This document shows positions 24,100 to 34,477 of a DNA stretch of 64,000 nt, piece by piece. The stretch lies in NCBI RefSeq assembly GCF_006345805.1, contig NC_043010.1, positions 44,020,001-44,084,000 of the forward strand, in the 5' to 3' direction. Each line of letters begins with the position of its first letter. Positions within the stretch are counted from its first letter, which is position 1. Source of the DNA: Octopus sinensis. Lineage: Eukaryota. The notes under the pieces were generated by a model that did no database searches, was not told the DNA's origin, and saw only the letters and a list, made by a program, of their open reading frames with translations. Made by a program: the position numbers and the translations under genes.

Positions 24100-27000
24100 G
24101 CATGTATGAATGTACATATGTATATATACATGTATATGTGTGTGTCTGTGTTTGGCTCCAACCACCATTTGACAACCAGTGTTGGTGTGTTTATGTCCCT
24201 GTAACTTAGTGGCTTAGCAAAAGAGACTGACAGAATAAGTACTAGGCTTAAAAAAAGTCCTGGGATTGATTTGTTCAACTAAAATCTTTCACGGCTGTGC
24301 TTCAGCATAGTTGCAGTCAAATGACTGAAACAAGTGTAAGATGAAAGATAAAAAAAGTCAATAGGTAATTAGGCAAGCAACTGTCAATGGTTGAATTCAT
24401 TCAAATGCCCTGGAAGGATAAAAGACAAAGTCGACTTTGGTGTTTAAAGCATTTAGCAGAAAGTTTTTAATTTTAGCATTTTGTAAATGTCTTCAGCATT
24501 TAATTGATAATTTTAACAAAGTTTGCCTTCAACTGCAGTGTTTTAGTCATGACTTTCAAGTCCAACTTAATAACTAAAAGATTTAATTCATAATTTTAGC
24601 ATGTAGATATTAACAGTTATTTTAGTTTGTAGTAATTAACTTTAGAATCTTAACAAAAATATTTCATACTTAAATAATACTTGTCGCAGGAGTGGCTGTG
24701 TGGTAAGTAGCTTGTTTACCAACCACATGGTTCCGGGTTCAGTCCCACTGCGTGGCACCTTGGGCAAGTGTCTTCTACTATAGCCTTGGGCCAACCAAAG
24801 CCTTGTGAGTGGATTTGGTAGACGGAAACTGAAAGAAGCCCGTCGTATATATGTATATGCGTGTGTGTGTTTGTGTTTGTCCCCCTAGCATTGCTTGACA
24901 ACCGATGCTGGTGTGTTTGTGTCCCTGTTACTTAGCGGTTCGGCAAAAGAGACCGATAGAATAAGTACCTAGCTTACAAAAGAATAAGTCCCGGGGTCGA
25001 GTTGCTCGATTAAAGGCGGTGCTCCAGCATGGCTGCAGTCAAATGACTGAAACAAGTAAAAGAGTAAAAGAGCAGAGTATGCTTAGTCTTCAGTCGGGGA
25101 GATGGTGGTTATAGAAGTGAATAACAAATAACTCTGGACAATGGAGGGGAATAATTGGCAGTTTATAATAATAATAATAGTTTAAGAAGAGAAGAGATAG
25201 ATGGGGACAAAACACAGAAGAAACTTCAATTCTTAATTTTGAGTGAATTTCCCAAAGAACAACTTTGCAGAACATTCTGTTGGAATATTCCTATCACCTG
25301 CCAAAGACCAACATGCTTACCGTGTTACACCACCCAATATGACAGCTCCAAAAACCATTCCAGCACAGCCAAAGAGCCATTTGCCAACAATCTTCTGTGA
25401 ATTGAGAGGGATGCTTGATTCAATCCGGGCAGCTACAGTGCTGTGAACTCGCTGGCCAAAAATTCTGGAGTTTTTTGGGTTCCATGGGTACCACTTCCTC
25501 TGCAACATAGATGAATAATGTAGTTCATGATATATGAATTACTAACACGGTGCTATTGCTACAACTACTGTGAATAATACAATTTTAAACACCTTTACTA
25601 TCATTACTACTACTATTACCAGAATTATCCACTGTACATTGTTGAAATGTGACAGCTAAATAAAATCTGTAAGATTCTACTTTTTTTCTTCTGTTAATTC
25701 ATTTGGTGCACACAGTCCCATGAAATTTTAATTAATCTATTAATACTAATAATCAATGCATCCATTACACCTATCAATAACAGAGTTTCAGATCAGAATG
25801 CCCACATATAAGTTGGATTTTCCTCGTTTTGAAGGGTATTTTTTCACCACAGCCTGTGAAATGATGGCAGGAAAATTTGATTTGTTTCCAGCCCCTCCCC
25901 TACCTTTCCTCTCCACCCAAACCGATTTTGGCCAGTTTTTTGGCACTTACACACTTAAAAACGATGGTAGAAGCCTTTTTGGTAAAAAGGAAAATTTTTG
26001 AAAGTATTTTTGGTAGAAAAGGTGAGTGATTTAAGGGAGATTTAGCTATTGTTTCTAGCACATCCTTCAACCTTCCTCATCTCTTTGTCACTGACATGTA
26101 TTGATATTTTTCAACATGAACAAGTTGTATGGCATGGTGGTCCATTGATGGGATTTAAGCAACAAAAATAAATTTGTAATTTAAATTTTTAACCCCTTCC
26201 TCCTGCAATAAGTGAGTCCATGTGTAAGAAAAAACATATTTACTAACAAAAAAGTATGCTACTAAAATAAATTATCTTTTACATATGCTTTTAAAATCAT
26301 TGTGGAAAAATCTCAGCAATGGCTTTTTCAGGCCCTCCAATATTTTAAAATTATATAATGAAACAAATGGAGGGCAGAGGATCGTAAATTTTCTTTTTTT
26401 TTTTTCTAGTTTTCATAATATATACTTTTCTGTATATAAATGTTTTTTCTTCTACAAACACACACGGACTCGCTTGGTGCCGAGGGGTGGGTGAAGAAAT
26501 GCGTAAGGTACAAGATGGTCGTAGGATGTGCTAGAAACAACAGCTAAATCTTCCTTAAATTACACACCTTTTCTCCTGAAAATATTTTCAAAATTTTTAA
26601 ATTCTTATCAAAAAGGCTTCTCCCATTGTTGTAAATGCGTAATGAGAGAGAAAAAAAAGGCCAAAATCAGTCCGGATTGGATGAGAAGAGGAGGTGGGAA
26701 ACAAAAAAATTATAAATTTTCCAAATTTTCTTTTCACGAAAAGCTTCGCCCCCATCATTTTGAAGGCTGTGGTAAAAAGGAAAATCGGAAAAATTCCCTT
26801 TCAAAACGGAGAAAATTCAACTGATGTGATCCATTACGCATGAACACACAAACGATGGGCTACTACATTTTCTGCCTAAGTTCACTCACAAAGCATTGAC
26901 CGGTCTGGGGCTATCGTAGGAGACACTTGTTCAATGTGCCGCACACTGAACCCCAAATAATGTGGTAGCAAATAAAGTTTCTTAACGAGTCACACCTTCA

Positions 27001-28040
27001 CATTTATTATTCTTGAACAATACACATAGCGTATCATTTCAAGTTATGCAACTTCATCTCAAGTCATACAATTTCAAGTTATATAACTTCATCTCAAGTT
27101 ATATAATTTCTTACAATTACACAAAGTATTCAATATTATTTGAAAAGGGAAATATAACAGTCACATCTGTATACTTCTGCTGTATTTGTCAACTATATTC
27201 CGAATTTTTGTCATAACACCTCGCAAATACATTATGTAAAATATTGACAAAAAAGCAATAGTAACACAAATTAAGATTTATTGAATAAAATAAATAAAAT
27301 TTGCGAACAGTTTAGGTTAAGTAAACGAAAGTGTTGAGAATGAAAGCAGTAATTTCCAATTATATCGTACTTGTAAGCATTTGTTCGTTTCGGTCGTTCA
27401 GGATAACAAAGTTAATTTTGTACATAACTTAGTGTCATTTACACACACAAGCAACTGAGCAACCGGTGTTTAAGCAATGATTATGAAATCACACTATAAG
27501 CGAATTTAATTGACTTTAGTGCTTTAGGTCTCATTTTAATTCTGGCACTTATAAATCCCCGAATCGAAAATCGCCGTAATATATTTTAGATGCAATCACA
27601 GAGGTACAATTAAGTTAATGCATGATGTTCTCTTTTGACAATACCCTGTAAGAATCTGGTGGACGTGAACTGTTAATGCCCGTCGTATATGTATGTTTAT
27701 ATTTACCTAGTGGTTTGTCAAAAAAAAAAAAAAGGTAAAATTACAGATTAAAAGCGCTTATGGATTAGATAAATATAAATCAATAAAATAAAATAAGTAC
27801 GGGAATTCGACGTGAGCACCTTAAACCTCAGCATGCCCAGTGATATTACGAAAAAATATTACTTACCAGAAACTGAAATGGCGTTTGTTTATGGAAAATA
27901 TTCACTTTAGGTGTGTTCTTGTAGTGAGAAATAACTGTTCTCCCTGTGAAATCTATTTGTGTTTGATTTTTTCCCAAATTTAGAATGTATTTCCTGCAAC
28001 ATAGTGGAGTACGACGACATAAAAACACCGCAGCCGACAT
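10994..28040 (-). CDS. COX15: Cytochrome c oxidase assembly protein COX15 (heme A synthase); span of the 9-exon CDS, 434 aa
   Basis: Exons of 174+179+123+187+159+82+155+114+132 nt join to 1305 nt with no internal stop, all GT-AG. Motifs [53 protein letters not shown] are present, including the four conserved His. Confidence 0.97.
11180..11680 (+). mobile_element. N-terminal fragment of an R4/Dong-like non-LTR element, next to an (AAT/AAC)n tract
   Basis: Frameshifted [14 protein letters not shown]...[45 protein letters not shown] resembles the N-terminus of REL-clade LINE ORFs. Confidence 0.6.
11691..11922 (+). mobile_element. Full-length young tRNA-derived SINE
   Basis: Head GGCGGCGAGCTGGCAGAATCGTTAG, B-box-like GAGATCAAATTCC, core GCCTTTCATCCTTTCGGGGTCGATAAATTAAGTACCAG; 11-bp TSD AATAAAACTAA (11680-11690 / 11923-11933). 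Confidence 0.9.
12126..12239 (-). CDS. COX15: COX15 exon 8
   Basis: aaacag|[38 protein letters not shown]|gtcagt; 114 nt, phase 0-0. Confidence 0.92.
13346..13718. mobile_element. Foldback MITE with Tc1/mariner-type ends
   Basis: Imperfect inverted arms ~13346-13506 and ~13565-13718 around a 58-nt loop; ends TA|CAGTTGGACA ... TGTCCAGCCG|TG. Confidence 0.75.
13870..14119. repeat. Near-perfect inverted repeat (94-bp arms, 62-nt loop)
   Basis: 13870-13963 is the reverse complement of 14026-14119 with 3 mismatches. Confidence 0.95.
14285..14323 (+). ncRNA. Degenerate minimal type I hammerhead ribozyme motif (Penelope-associated type)
   Basis: GTCT-CCGATGA-cagaatatccca-GAAAC-AGCT-GTA|AGAC: stem I GTCT/AGAC, palindromic stem III, core U4C variant, decayed stem II. 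Confidence 0.55.
14484..14881 (-). mobile_element. Non-autonomous Helitron
   Basis: On the minus strand A|TC 5' end, GC-rich subterminal hairpin, CTAG|T 3' end, no TSD. Closely similar inverted copy at 29523-29922. It interrupts a decayed SINE at an AT site. Confidence 0.85.
14994..15808 (+). mobile_element. Probable piggyBac-type MITE, right end decayed
   Basis: TTAA|CCCTTTCGTTAC left end. Duplicated TTCGGGCGG(C/T)TTGGT motif near 15760-15808, but no intact right TIR. Confidence 0.45.
16584..16738 (-). CDS. COX15: COX15 exon 7
   Basis: tatcag|(G)[24 protein letters not shown]...[13 protein letters not shown]|gtaagt; 155 nt. Confidence 0.97.
17284..17365 (-). CDS. COX15: COX15 exon 6
   Basis: tttcag|[27 protein letters not shown](G)|gtaagt; 82 nt; phases 0/1 fit both neighbours. 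Confidence 0.93.
17620..18470 (-). mobile_element. Highly degenerate Penelope-like RT fragment (COX15 intron 5)
   Basis: Minus-strand traces resembling the RT C-terminal region around 17800-17930. Many indels; family assignment tentative. Confidence 0.35.
18504..18662 (-). CDS. COX15: COX15 exon 5
   Basis: ctccag|[53 protein letters not shown]|gtatgt; 159 nt. Confidence 0.97.
18981..20530 (+). mobile_element. Decayed Helitron with Rep/Hel N-terminal remnant (COX15 intron 4)
   Basis: A|TCTAAAATATAAAT..(GT)n Helitron-like 5' end; internal ~165-bp tandem repeat at 19581-19890; ATG 20087 reads [45 protein letters not shown], typical of Helitron ORF N-termini. Confidence 0.55.
20604..20790 (-). 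CDS. COX15: COX15 exon 4 (acceptor could instead be 20796)
   Basis: [28 protein letters not shown]...LLGFQ|gtgagt. Confidence 0.95.
20990..21720 (-). mobile_element. mariner transposase 5' remnant
   Basis: Minus strand from 21583 reads [34 protein letters not shown], a mariner N-terminal HTH; frameshifted downstream. Confidence 0.7.
22559..22681 (-). CDS. COX15: COX15 exon 3
   Basis: tttcag|[40 protein letters not shown]|gtaagt; 123 nt; read manually, not in the ORF track. Confidence 0.97.
23535..24350 (+). mobile_element. tRNA-derived SINE split by a ~400-bp insertion in its internal microsatellite
   Basis: SINE head 23535-23695 and tail ~24125-24350 match the intact copy at 24686-25072. 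The insert contains an imperfect inverted repeat 23712-23784 / 23871-23939. Confidence 0.7.
24686..25072 (+). mobile_element. Full-length tRNA-derived SINE (second family)
   Basis: A-box-like GTGGCTGTGTGGTAAG, B-box-like GGGTTCAGTCCC, CCTTGGGCAAG core, (GT)n, tail GACTGAAACAAGTAAAAGAG. Other copies at 18820-18965, 47225-47525, 50463-50845(-), 51890-52060. Confidence 0.85.
25321..25499 (-). CDS. COX15: COX15 exon 2
   Basis: ttgcag|RKWYPW...[22 protein letters not shown](R)|gtaagc; 179 nt. Confidence 0.95.
27867..28040 (-). CDS. COX15: COX15 exon 1 (mitochondrial presequence-like)
   Basis: ATG at 28040, [17 protein letters not shown]...PFQFL; basic and nearly acid-free; donor CTG|gtaagt; phase 0 matches exon 2. 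Confidence 0.8.
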
Positions 28041-28448
28041 CTTGGCTTTCAACGCAAATGTTGCTTGGCTTTGACTTTTCAAAGGTCATATTCACTGACC
28101 ATAAAAATATAGAATATAATATATCTATTAATTTGCATAGAACATGCACATATATATATCACTTCAGATATTCTCTGAGTATTATATATTTATATATATG
28201 TATATATATAATATATACATATATATATATCACTCAGTTTCGTATTTGTGGGAGTGCGCATGTGTTTATATATATATGTATATATCGCATTATGTGGACA
28301 ATAGCGTCATTAGTTACGGGTTTCCAAGGGGTTTATTTGATTTACTACATTCACAGCAAAAATAACAAGGTAGTACTGTCAGTGCTACTTGGGCGGAACA
28401 AATACTGCAGGATAAATCTGTTCGAATGTGTCAGTATAATAGTTTTTC

Positions 28449-28867
28449 GGATCTTTTCAGTTTGAACGGCAGTTTTTAACATAATTTCTAGGTAACTAAA
28501 AAATTTTAAACTTCGTATACTGGTAGAATGTGTTTATAAAACATCTTTTTCTCTTGGCTTTATTGAGAAAATTCTATAGTTTGTAAGATATTTCTTTTTT
28601 TATTTCTTCAATTGCTGCAATTTCAACCAATCAATGACGTCTATCGAAGTAAAAAAAACATTCTGTGCCGTATGAATATGTCCCTCGTTTAAGAAACAGA
28701 TTGGGTTTATTTACATTTGTGAAGATAAAAAGATACCCTTCCCCCCACCCCTAACCCTAACCCTAAAACAGATTGAAATGCAATAGATCGATACTTGGGT
28801 CATAATTATGGGTGACAATTTCATATGACACCGCTAGAAAAAACTGCCGTTCAAACCGAAAAGATCC
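28449..28867. mobile_element. Mutator-like (MULE) MITE, 419 bp
   Basis: 29-bp TIRs GGATCTTTTC(A/G)GTTTGAACGGCAGTTTTT with 1 mismatch; perfect 9-bp TSD TAGTTTTTC (28440-28448 / 28868-28876). Confidence 0.9.
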
Positions 28868-29062
28868 TAGTTTTTCTTCTCAATATTAACGTTTTAGGCG
28901 GTAGGGTTACCCTATTAGAATGTCTGACAAATTGCGTACACTATTTAGTTACTGCTTTTAATGTTCTGAATTTAAATTCAGACGAAGTGAACTTTGGTAT
29001 TCATTCTTCCGAGATCGCTAAAATAAAATACCTGTAAAATGCTGGGACCTGTTTCTATAATA

Positions 29063-29291
29063 TATTTCTTTATTACCCACAAGGGGCTAAACATAGAGGA
29101 GACAAACAAGGACAGACAAAGGGATTAAATCGATTACATCGACCCCAGTGCGTTATTGGTACTTAATTTATAGACCCCGAAAGGATGAAAGGCAAAGTCG
29201 ACCTCGGCGGAATTTGAACTCACAACGTAACGGCAGACGAAATACCGCTAAGCATTTCGCCCGACGTGCTAACGTTTCTGCCAGCTCGCCG
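29063..29291 (-). mobile_element. Full-length tRNA-derived SINE (same family as 11691-11922)
   Basis: Reverse complement of the 11691 copy along its whole length. Confidence 0.9.
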
Positions 29292-29522
29292 AACCTCCTT
29301 GATATGATTAGAATTATAGTTCGTATATTTGTCGCTTGGTTTAACATCAACTGATTTTTGGGTGCCTTTAGTGAAATGGAGTGCACTGTGACATGCATCC
29401 AAGATAACTTCCCCTCCCTTCCCATTAGAGATTTAAGAAGTTCACTGTTCCAAAGAACTCATGAAAATACAATAAATACGTAAATAAATAAATGTAAAAA
29501 CGGTTGTTTTTTTTAATATACA

Positions 29523-29922
29523 TCTTCTTTATATATAAAAGAGAGGTTGTGTGTCTGTCTCCTACGATTTAGATTCCTAACTACTCCCACATTTTGCGGT
29601 GCAGTTTAACCAAAACCGGGTATCTTATAGTCGTAATTCATATCGAGCCCTTCTGGGTATTAGCACGCGTCTACGATGAGTCTACGATTTAAAAAAAAAT
29701 TTACCATCATTTTTTTCCATTTTAATGCATTTTTTCCGCTATTATATAAGGGAAGTAACTTTCTAAAAATGTCTACGATGAGTCAACGATTAAAAATAAA
29801 TCTATCATCATTTTTTTTTCATTTTTAATGCTTTTTTTGCTATTTTTTGGCTATAACTCTCTAAAAATGCTTATATAGTTATTTCCCTTACAAATCCGAG
29901 CAACGCCGGGCGATACTGCTAG
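29523..29922 (+). mobile_element. Non-autonomous Helitron
   Basis: A|TCTTCTTTATATATAAAAG...CCGAGCAACGCCGGG hairpin...CTAG|T; inverted homolog of 14484-14881. Confidence 0.85.
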
Positions 29923-30209
29923 TGTTTAAATAAAAATTGAAAGCTGTGACCCATAAATGAGTTGGTGGGGATTGAAAGTTGAATTTGTAGGCGTTGTTTT
30001 ATTTATTTATTTATTATTTGTTTGAATTGCTGTCGCCTAAAATCTCTGATCTGGCCAGTTGTGTTGTATGGGTATCGGGTATGGACCCTACAGGTAACTA
30101 GCACAAAAAAACCCAAAACAAACTGAAGGAGTTTGAGATTTCGTGCAATAGCAAGCGCTATGGGTCATTTGGATGATCTGCAAAACAAACAATTCAATCC
30201 AGAAGATGA

Positions 30210-32243
30210 TAAAAGAGGATGCGACAGGTCAGTCGGAGAAAACTGCAATATTTTAGCCCCGTTATCAAAGCCCAGGACCTTTGTCCCGCCTGATCAACCC
30301 GGCTAAATCCAAGATTAGCCAGGCTTGCAAACATATACTGAGGAAGATCAACGACGACATAGGGAGAGCCTCCAGTCTCTCTCTATGGAGGAGCACCAAA
30401 AAGGTGACCTCATGGTTTAATGCCAACCGGGGTAGGGACAGAGCAAGGTTCTCACAATTTGACGTAATTGACATTTACCTATCTATATTGAAAGGCTGCT
30501 GATCAAGGCAGTTTCATTCGTCAAGAGCTTCACAGACATTAGCGATAAGGACATAGACATTATCATGCATGCTAGAAAAACGGTGCTGTTCAATAAAGAT
30601 TCGATATGAGTCAAGCAATCTGACCCTGAGAATTCGTTCGTTGTGGCGATAGTACCCTACGACAGCGCCGACCTATGTGATCGCATTGGACTATACATCC
30701 TGAACACCTTAGGGAAGAAATTCCCTTCAGTCCTTTTCGGTTTCTACAGACATGACGCTCTGGCCATCTCTAGAAGAACCAGCAGGCACACACCTTATAG
30801 ATTTAGAAAGGACCTGATTAACGCCCTTGGCTCCATGAGACTTAAAATTACTAGCGAGACGTTACTCTAGATGTTACTCCAGACTTGGGCTCTAGTACAC
30901 ACAGGCCCTATCGCAAGCCAAATGAGAGGCTGTCCTACATTAACACAGCCTCCTGCTGCCACCACCACCATTATTGTATTCAAGACTCTAGAGATGAGTG
31001 TCAGCAAGAAGATATCGAATCTTTCCTCAAGTCAAGAAATCCAGTGGATTTAAGGAGCGCATCTCTTACGTGCCAGGCCCTAGCACCCTAAAAAAGAAGC
31101 GTCACTAGAACGTCGTTTGGTTTGCTCTGCCCTTTTCACTCAACGTCAAGACTTGTTGAGGAAGAATATTCTTCAGGTTAGTAGACAAACACTTCATGCA
31201 GACATACAGATACGGATGTTTGTTCAATAGACATAACCTAAGGGTCCACTTTGGTTGTGCACCCAAAATTATATTAGCTAACACCCATAAAATGCGAGAG
31301 GAGGCCGATTGTTCTTGTAGGGTGTACAATGACTATCCAGTGTGAGGCCAATGCGAGGCCGAAGGAAACATCTATGAGGCTGTGGTGATACCCAAACCTA
31401 GCGACCATAGAAATAGCAGTAACGGCTCATCGACGGTAACGGCAGTAGCGACAGTGGCAGAAACATCAGCACTGACGCCAACACTAGCACTACGGCTGGA
31501 GAGAATGACCACGCCAACACCAGTAGCACCAGCGAGGCCACCGGCTCCACACCCAAAATTACCAACGACGGCACCCACATCACCGTCGGTGACAGTAGCG
31601 CCAACGATGTTACGTCTTACGGCGTGGTGGTCAGGGGTGACCACCACACAGACAAAAGCCGCAGCGATATCGCCGGACTTACGCTTCATAATGATAACAT
31701 CACCGATGGCAGCCCCAGTAACACTGGTGGCTACATCTTCGGGCCCGGAGCAAACCGAAGATGCGCCGGTAATGTGAACACAACCAACATCCAAACCTGG
31801 AAATGTATCGGGTCGACTTGGACGGCCTTCAAGCGACGCCTGTACAACCACAAGTTCTCTTTCAGGGTTCCGGAAAGACAATTCGTCACATCCCTGGCCA
31901 ACCACATGTGGCACCTCAAAGATGAAGAGACCACATACGATATCAAGTGGAGGATCTTAGAGCGGCCACGATCCTACAGCATCGGGAGAGAACGTTGCAA
32001 ACTTTGTATAGCTGAGTGAGCAAGGATACTCAAAGACTACCTGAAACCTGGATCACTGAACACTCGCCAGGAAATTTAGAGTCAGTGCATCCATTTCAAA
32101 CGCTACCTGCTGCAAGCATGGGATTCCCCGTTCTCCGATTAAACCCGGCAGAGTCCCTACGATCTAAAAGCAGTCCAATGGGAAAAATCCCCCGTTCCCC
32201 CTCTTTTGGCCTACAAAGTACGGATTTTTTTTTACTTTTCCTC

Positions 32244-32246
<3 letters not shown>
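30210..32246 (+). mobile_element. Penelope-like retroelement (RT + GIY-YIG), pseudogenised
   Basis: RLINPAKSKI..FSQFDVIDIYLSI; YDSADLCDRIGLYIL..GFYRHDAL (decayed YRDD); RPYRKPN; IYEAVV ... CIGSTWTAFKRRLYNHKFSFR..HMWHLK..IKWRIL..CKLCIAE. Followed by (TA)n at 32247-32277. Confidence 0.9.
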
Positions 32247-32280
<34 letters not shown>

Positions 32281-32333
32281 TGCATGAACAAAAACCCACC
32301 ATAATATCCATGGATATTACAAAGTGTATTGTA

Positions 32334-32398
32334 ATCATCCTAAGGATGCGAATTATGATCGCAAAAAACATGTAATTTGTGGAAACGCGCGTAGAGAT
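32334..32398 (+). ncRNA. Degenerate type I hammerhead ribozyme motif downstream of the Penelope ORF
   Basis: ATC(A)TC-CTAAGGA-[TGCGAATTATG/TGTAATTTGTG stem II]-GAAAC-GCGC-GTA|GAGAT; palindromic stem III; core carries G5A. Confidence 0.65.
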
Positions 32399-32553
32399 GC
32401 ATTAAAAAATTTATGAATTCCATCCTTAGATTATTGCTATTATTACTATACTTATCATACGTTATAATTGCTCAGTCGGTACGATTCCATAAAACTGCTG
32501 GTATAAGTTGGAATCACTAGACCGTAGCTGTCATAATAACATAGGAACTTTTA

Positions 32554-34183
32554 TGTGTGTAACGGTATATTTTAAGATATGTGTTGGAGTCGTAATTTGT
32601 GCCATTTGAACGGTATTTCTATAAAATTTCATCAATAAATATCCATTTTCCTGAAAGTTATAAGGGAAAAATCGGATCTTGTGAATTTTCCGAAAGTCCT
32701 CTCCCCCACCCCGTTCGTTTGTGCAAATTTTTTTCATATTCACTTTCTACACATTTTTTCACATCTTGTAGGCTGTTTTTTCTTAAAATTTGGTTTTCAT
32801 GACCGGAGCTTGAACTGTATATTGACCGTTCTTTCAATTAATGTTTAAAGTTATTTTAATGCGTCTAGAAATATTTCTATACCTAAAACTTCCAGAGAGA
32901 AAAACTAATTTTGTGAGCATTTGTAAACAGATCGGTCCTACTAAAACACGCCGGAGGGTTGATCTTGATATATTATTATATTTTACTAATCAGTTAAGAC
33001 TTGTGCACGCCATAGACTTATTAAGTCGGCGAATGATTTCTACACACCGTAGACTTGTCATCAAGGCTGCAATGTGTCGCTAAGAGAAAAACATGTAGCG
33101 TAGCTACACTGTTTGAGAGATATATTAGAAATGACCTCGTGTTAGATAGCAACCATCTTCGGCTATTTTGACCCCGTTGTGTCCACTGCTCTGATTGGTT
33201 GACATTGGTGCAGTTTGTCTCTTGACTTATTTCGCGCCAGTGTGTAAGCCAACCAATCACGGCCTTCGGATAAGGTCCCATGACACAGTCTTTTGGGGGT
33301 TTCACTGGAGCCCACCTCAGGTTATAAAAGGCGCCAGCAAACCACTATTTCTCGCCTTAGGTTCCAGTCTTTCTCAAGACTAACCTCTAACCACAGAGCG
33401 ACTCAGCCAGTTCCAGTTCTAGCGATAGACCAGACCAACCAACCATGTTCCTGTTCCAGCCAACGACGACGCTAACGTATACCAGCAACGCAGGACGTTT
33501 CCACCACCGACGCCTTTCTCTGCCGTCGCCATCACCATTATCGTCCTTCAACTTCACGCCGTCTACACCTCCGTCGCTTTCATCTCCAGCAACACCAATA
33601 CGTACACAGTGACTCGCTCAGGTTTAAACTCCATGCTGTTGTGAATATTCACCAAGGTAAACAGCTCAGTCAGCCCGCGAGATTCCTGTATCAAGTAACC
33701 CGGCACGGCATAATAACCACAACTTCTGCACGTGTAGTAACCGGTGCTGCCTCGTGACCTCAACCTCTTTTACAGGACTACAATTGTTGTGTAACCTCAC
33801 TACGAACTGGAAAATTAACTCCATCTTGTCTAAAATGTCCTGAGAGACTCTTTTCTATGCTCTGTATTTTGTTTTGCTCGCATACACCTTGTTTGTACTT
33901 CTGTCGCACACACGAACACATAGACACAAACACTTGTCGCATGCACACAGACACCCCACTTTGCTAGCACCCATACTTTATCTTTTGTACACATCTGTAA
34001 ATAAAGTCTTCACTCTAAAACAGTAGAGCGGTTGTCGTCTTCATTATTCCTTTTGGCACTTATTCATTTATATCATGTATTTGGCTTCTTCTTTTGTTAG
34101 GGGCGACCGTGCGGCGTTAAAAAGGAGACATTTCTGTCACAAACTCCTTACGTACGGTCGTTTTCCAATTTGAGAATAATACA
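32554..34183 (+). mobile_element. Probable solo LTR (~1.6 kb)
   Basis: TGT(GT)GTAAC...ATAATACA termini; TATAAAAG at 33323; AATAAA at 34000; CpG-rich; ACTTTT on both sides (left copy offset by 1 nt); no PBS or internal ORF follows. Confidence 0.55.
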
Positions 34184-34477
34184 ACTTTTTTCTTCTTAAC
34201 AATGATTACAGTAGGTACACATGGCACACTTCTTGTATGCACAGCTTGCAGCACCATAAATGACAATCTTTTTAGCTATGAAGTTATGAATATGAGCAAC
34301 CTCAAGGTTGCTCTGTTTATATCATAAACGATCTAAAAAGCGTATCCTTTATGAAAGATTTTGGGAAGCAAATCTCATCCATCCACTGACAATAGAAATT
34401 CGTAGCAGTGCAAAACGTTCACTTGCAGATAAAAAAGAGCTGGGGAATACACGTTTCAGGGTTCGTCTGGCGGTCAT

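Noticed and set aside
27959-28465. 168-aa plus-strand ORF
   Set aside because: Antisense to COX15 exon 1 and runs through (TA)n low-complexity sequence.
31372-31914. 180-aa minus ORF and 131-aa Thr/Pro-rich plus ORF
   Set aside because: Shadow frames of the low-complexity insert in the Penelope endonuclease.
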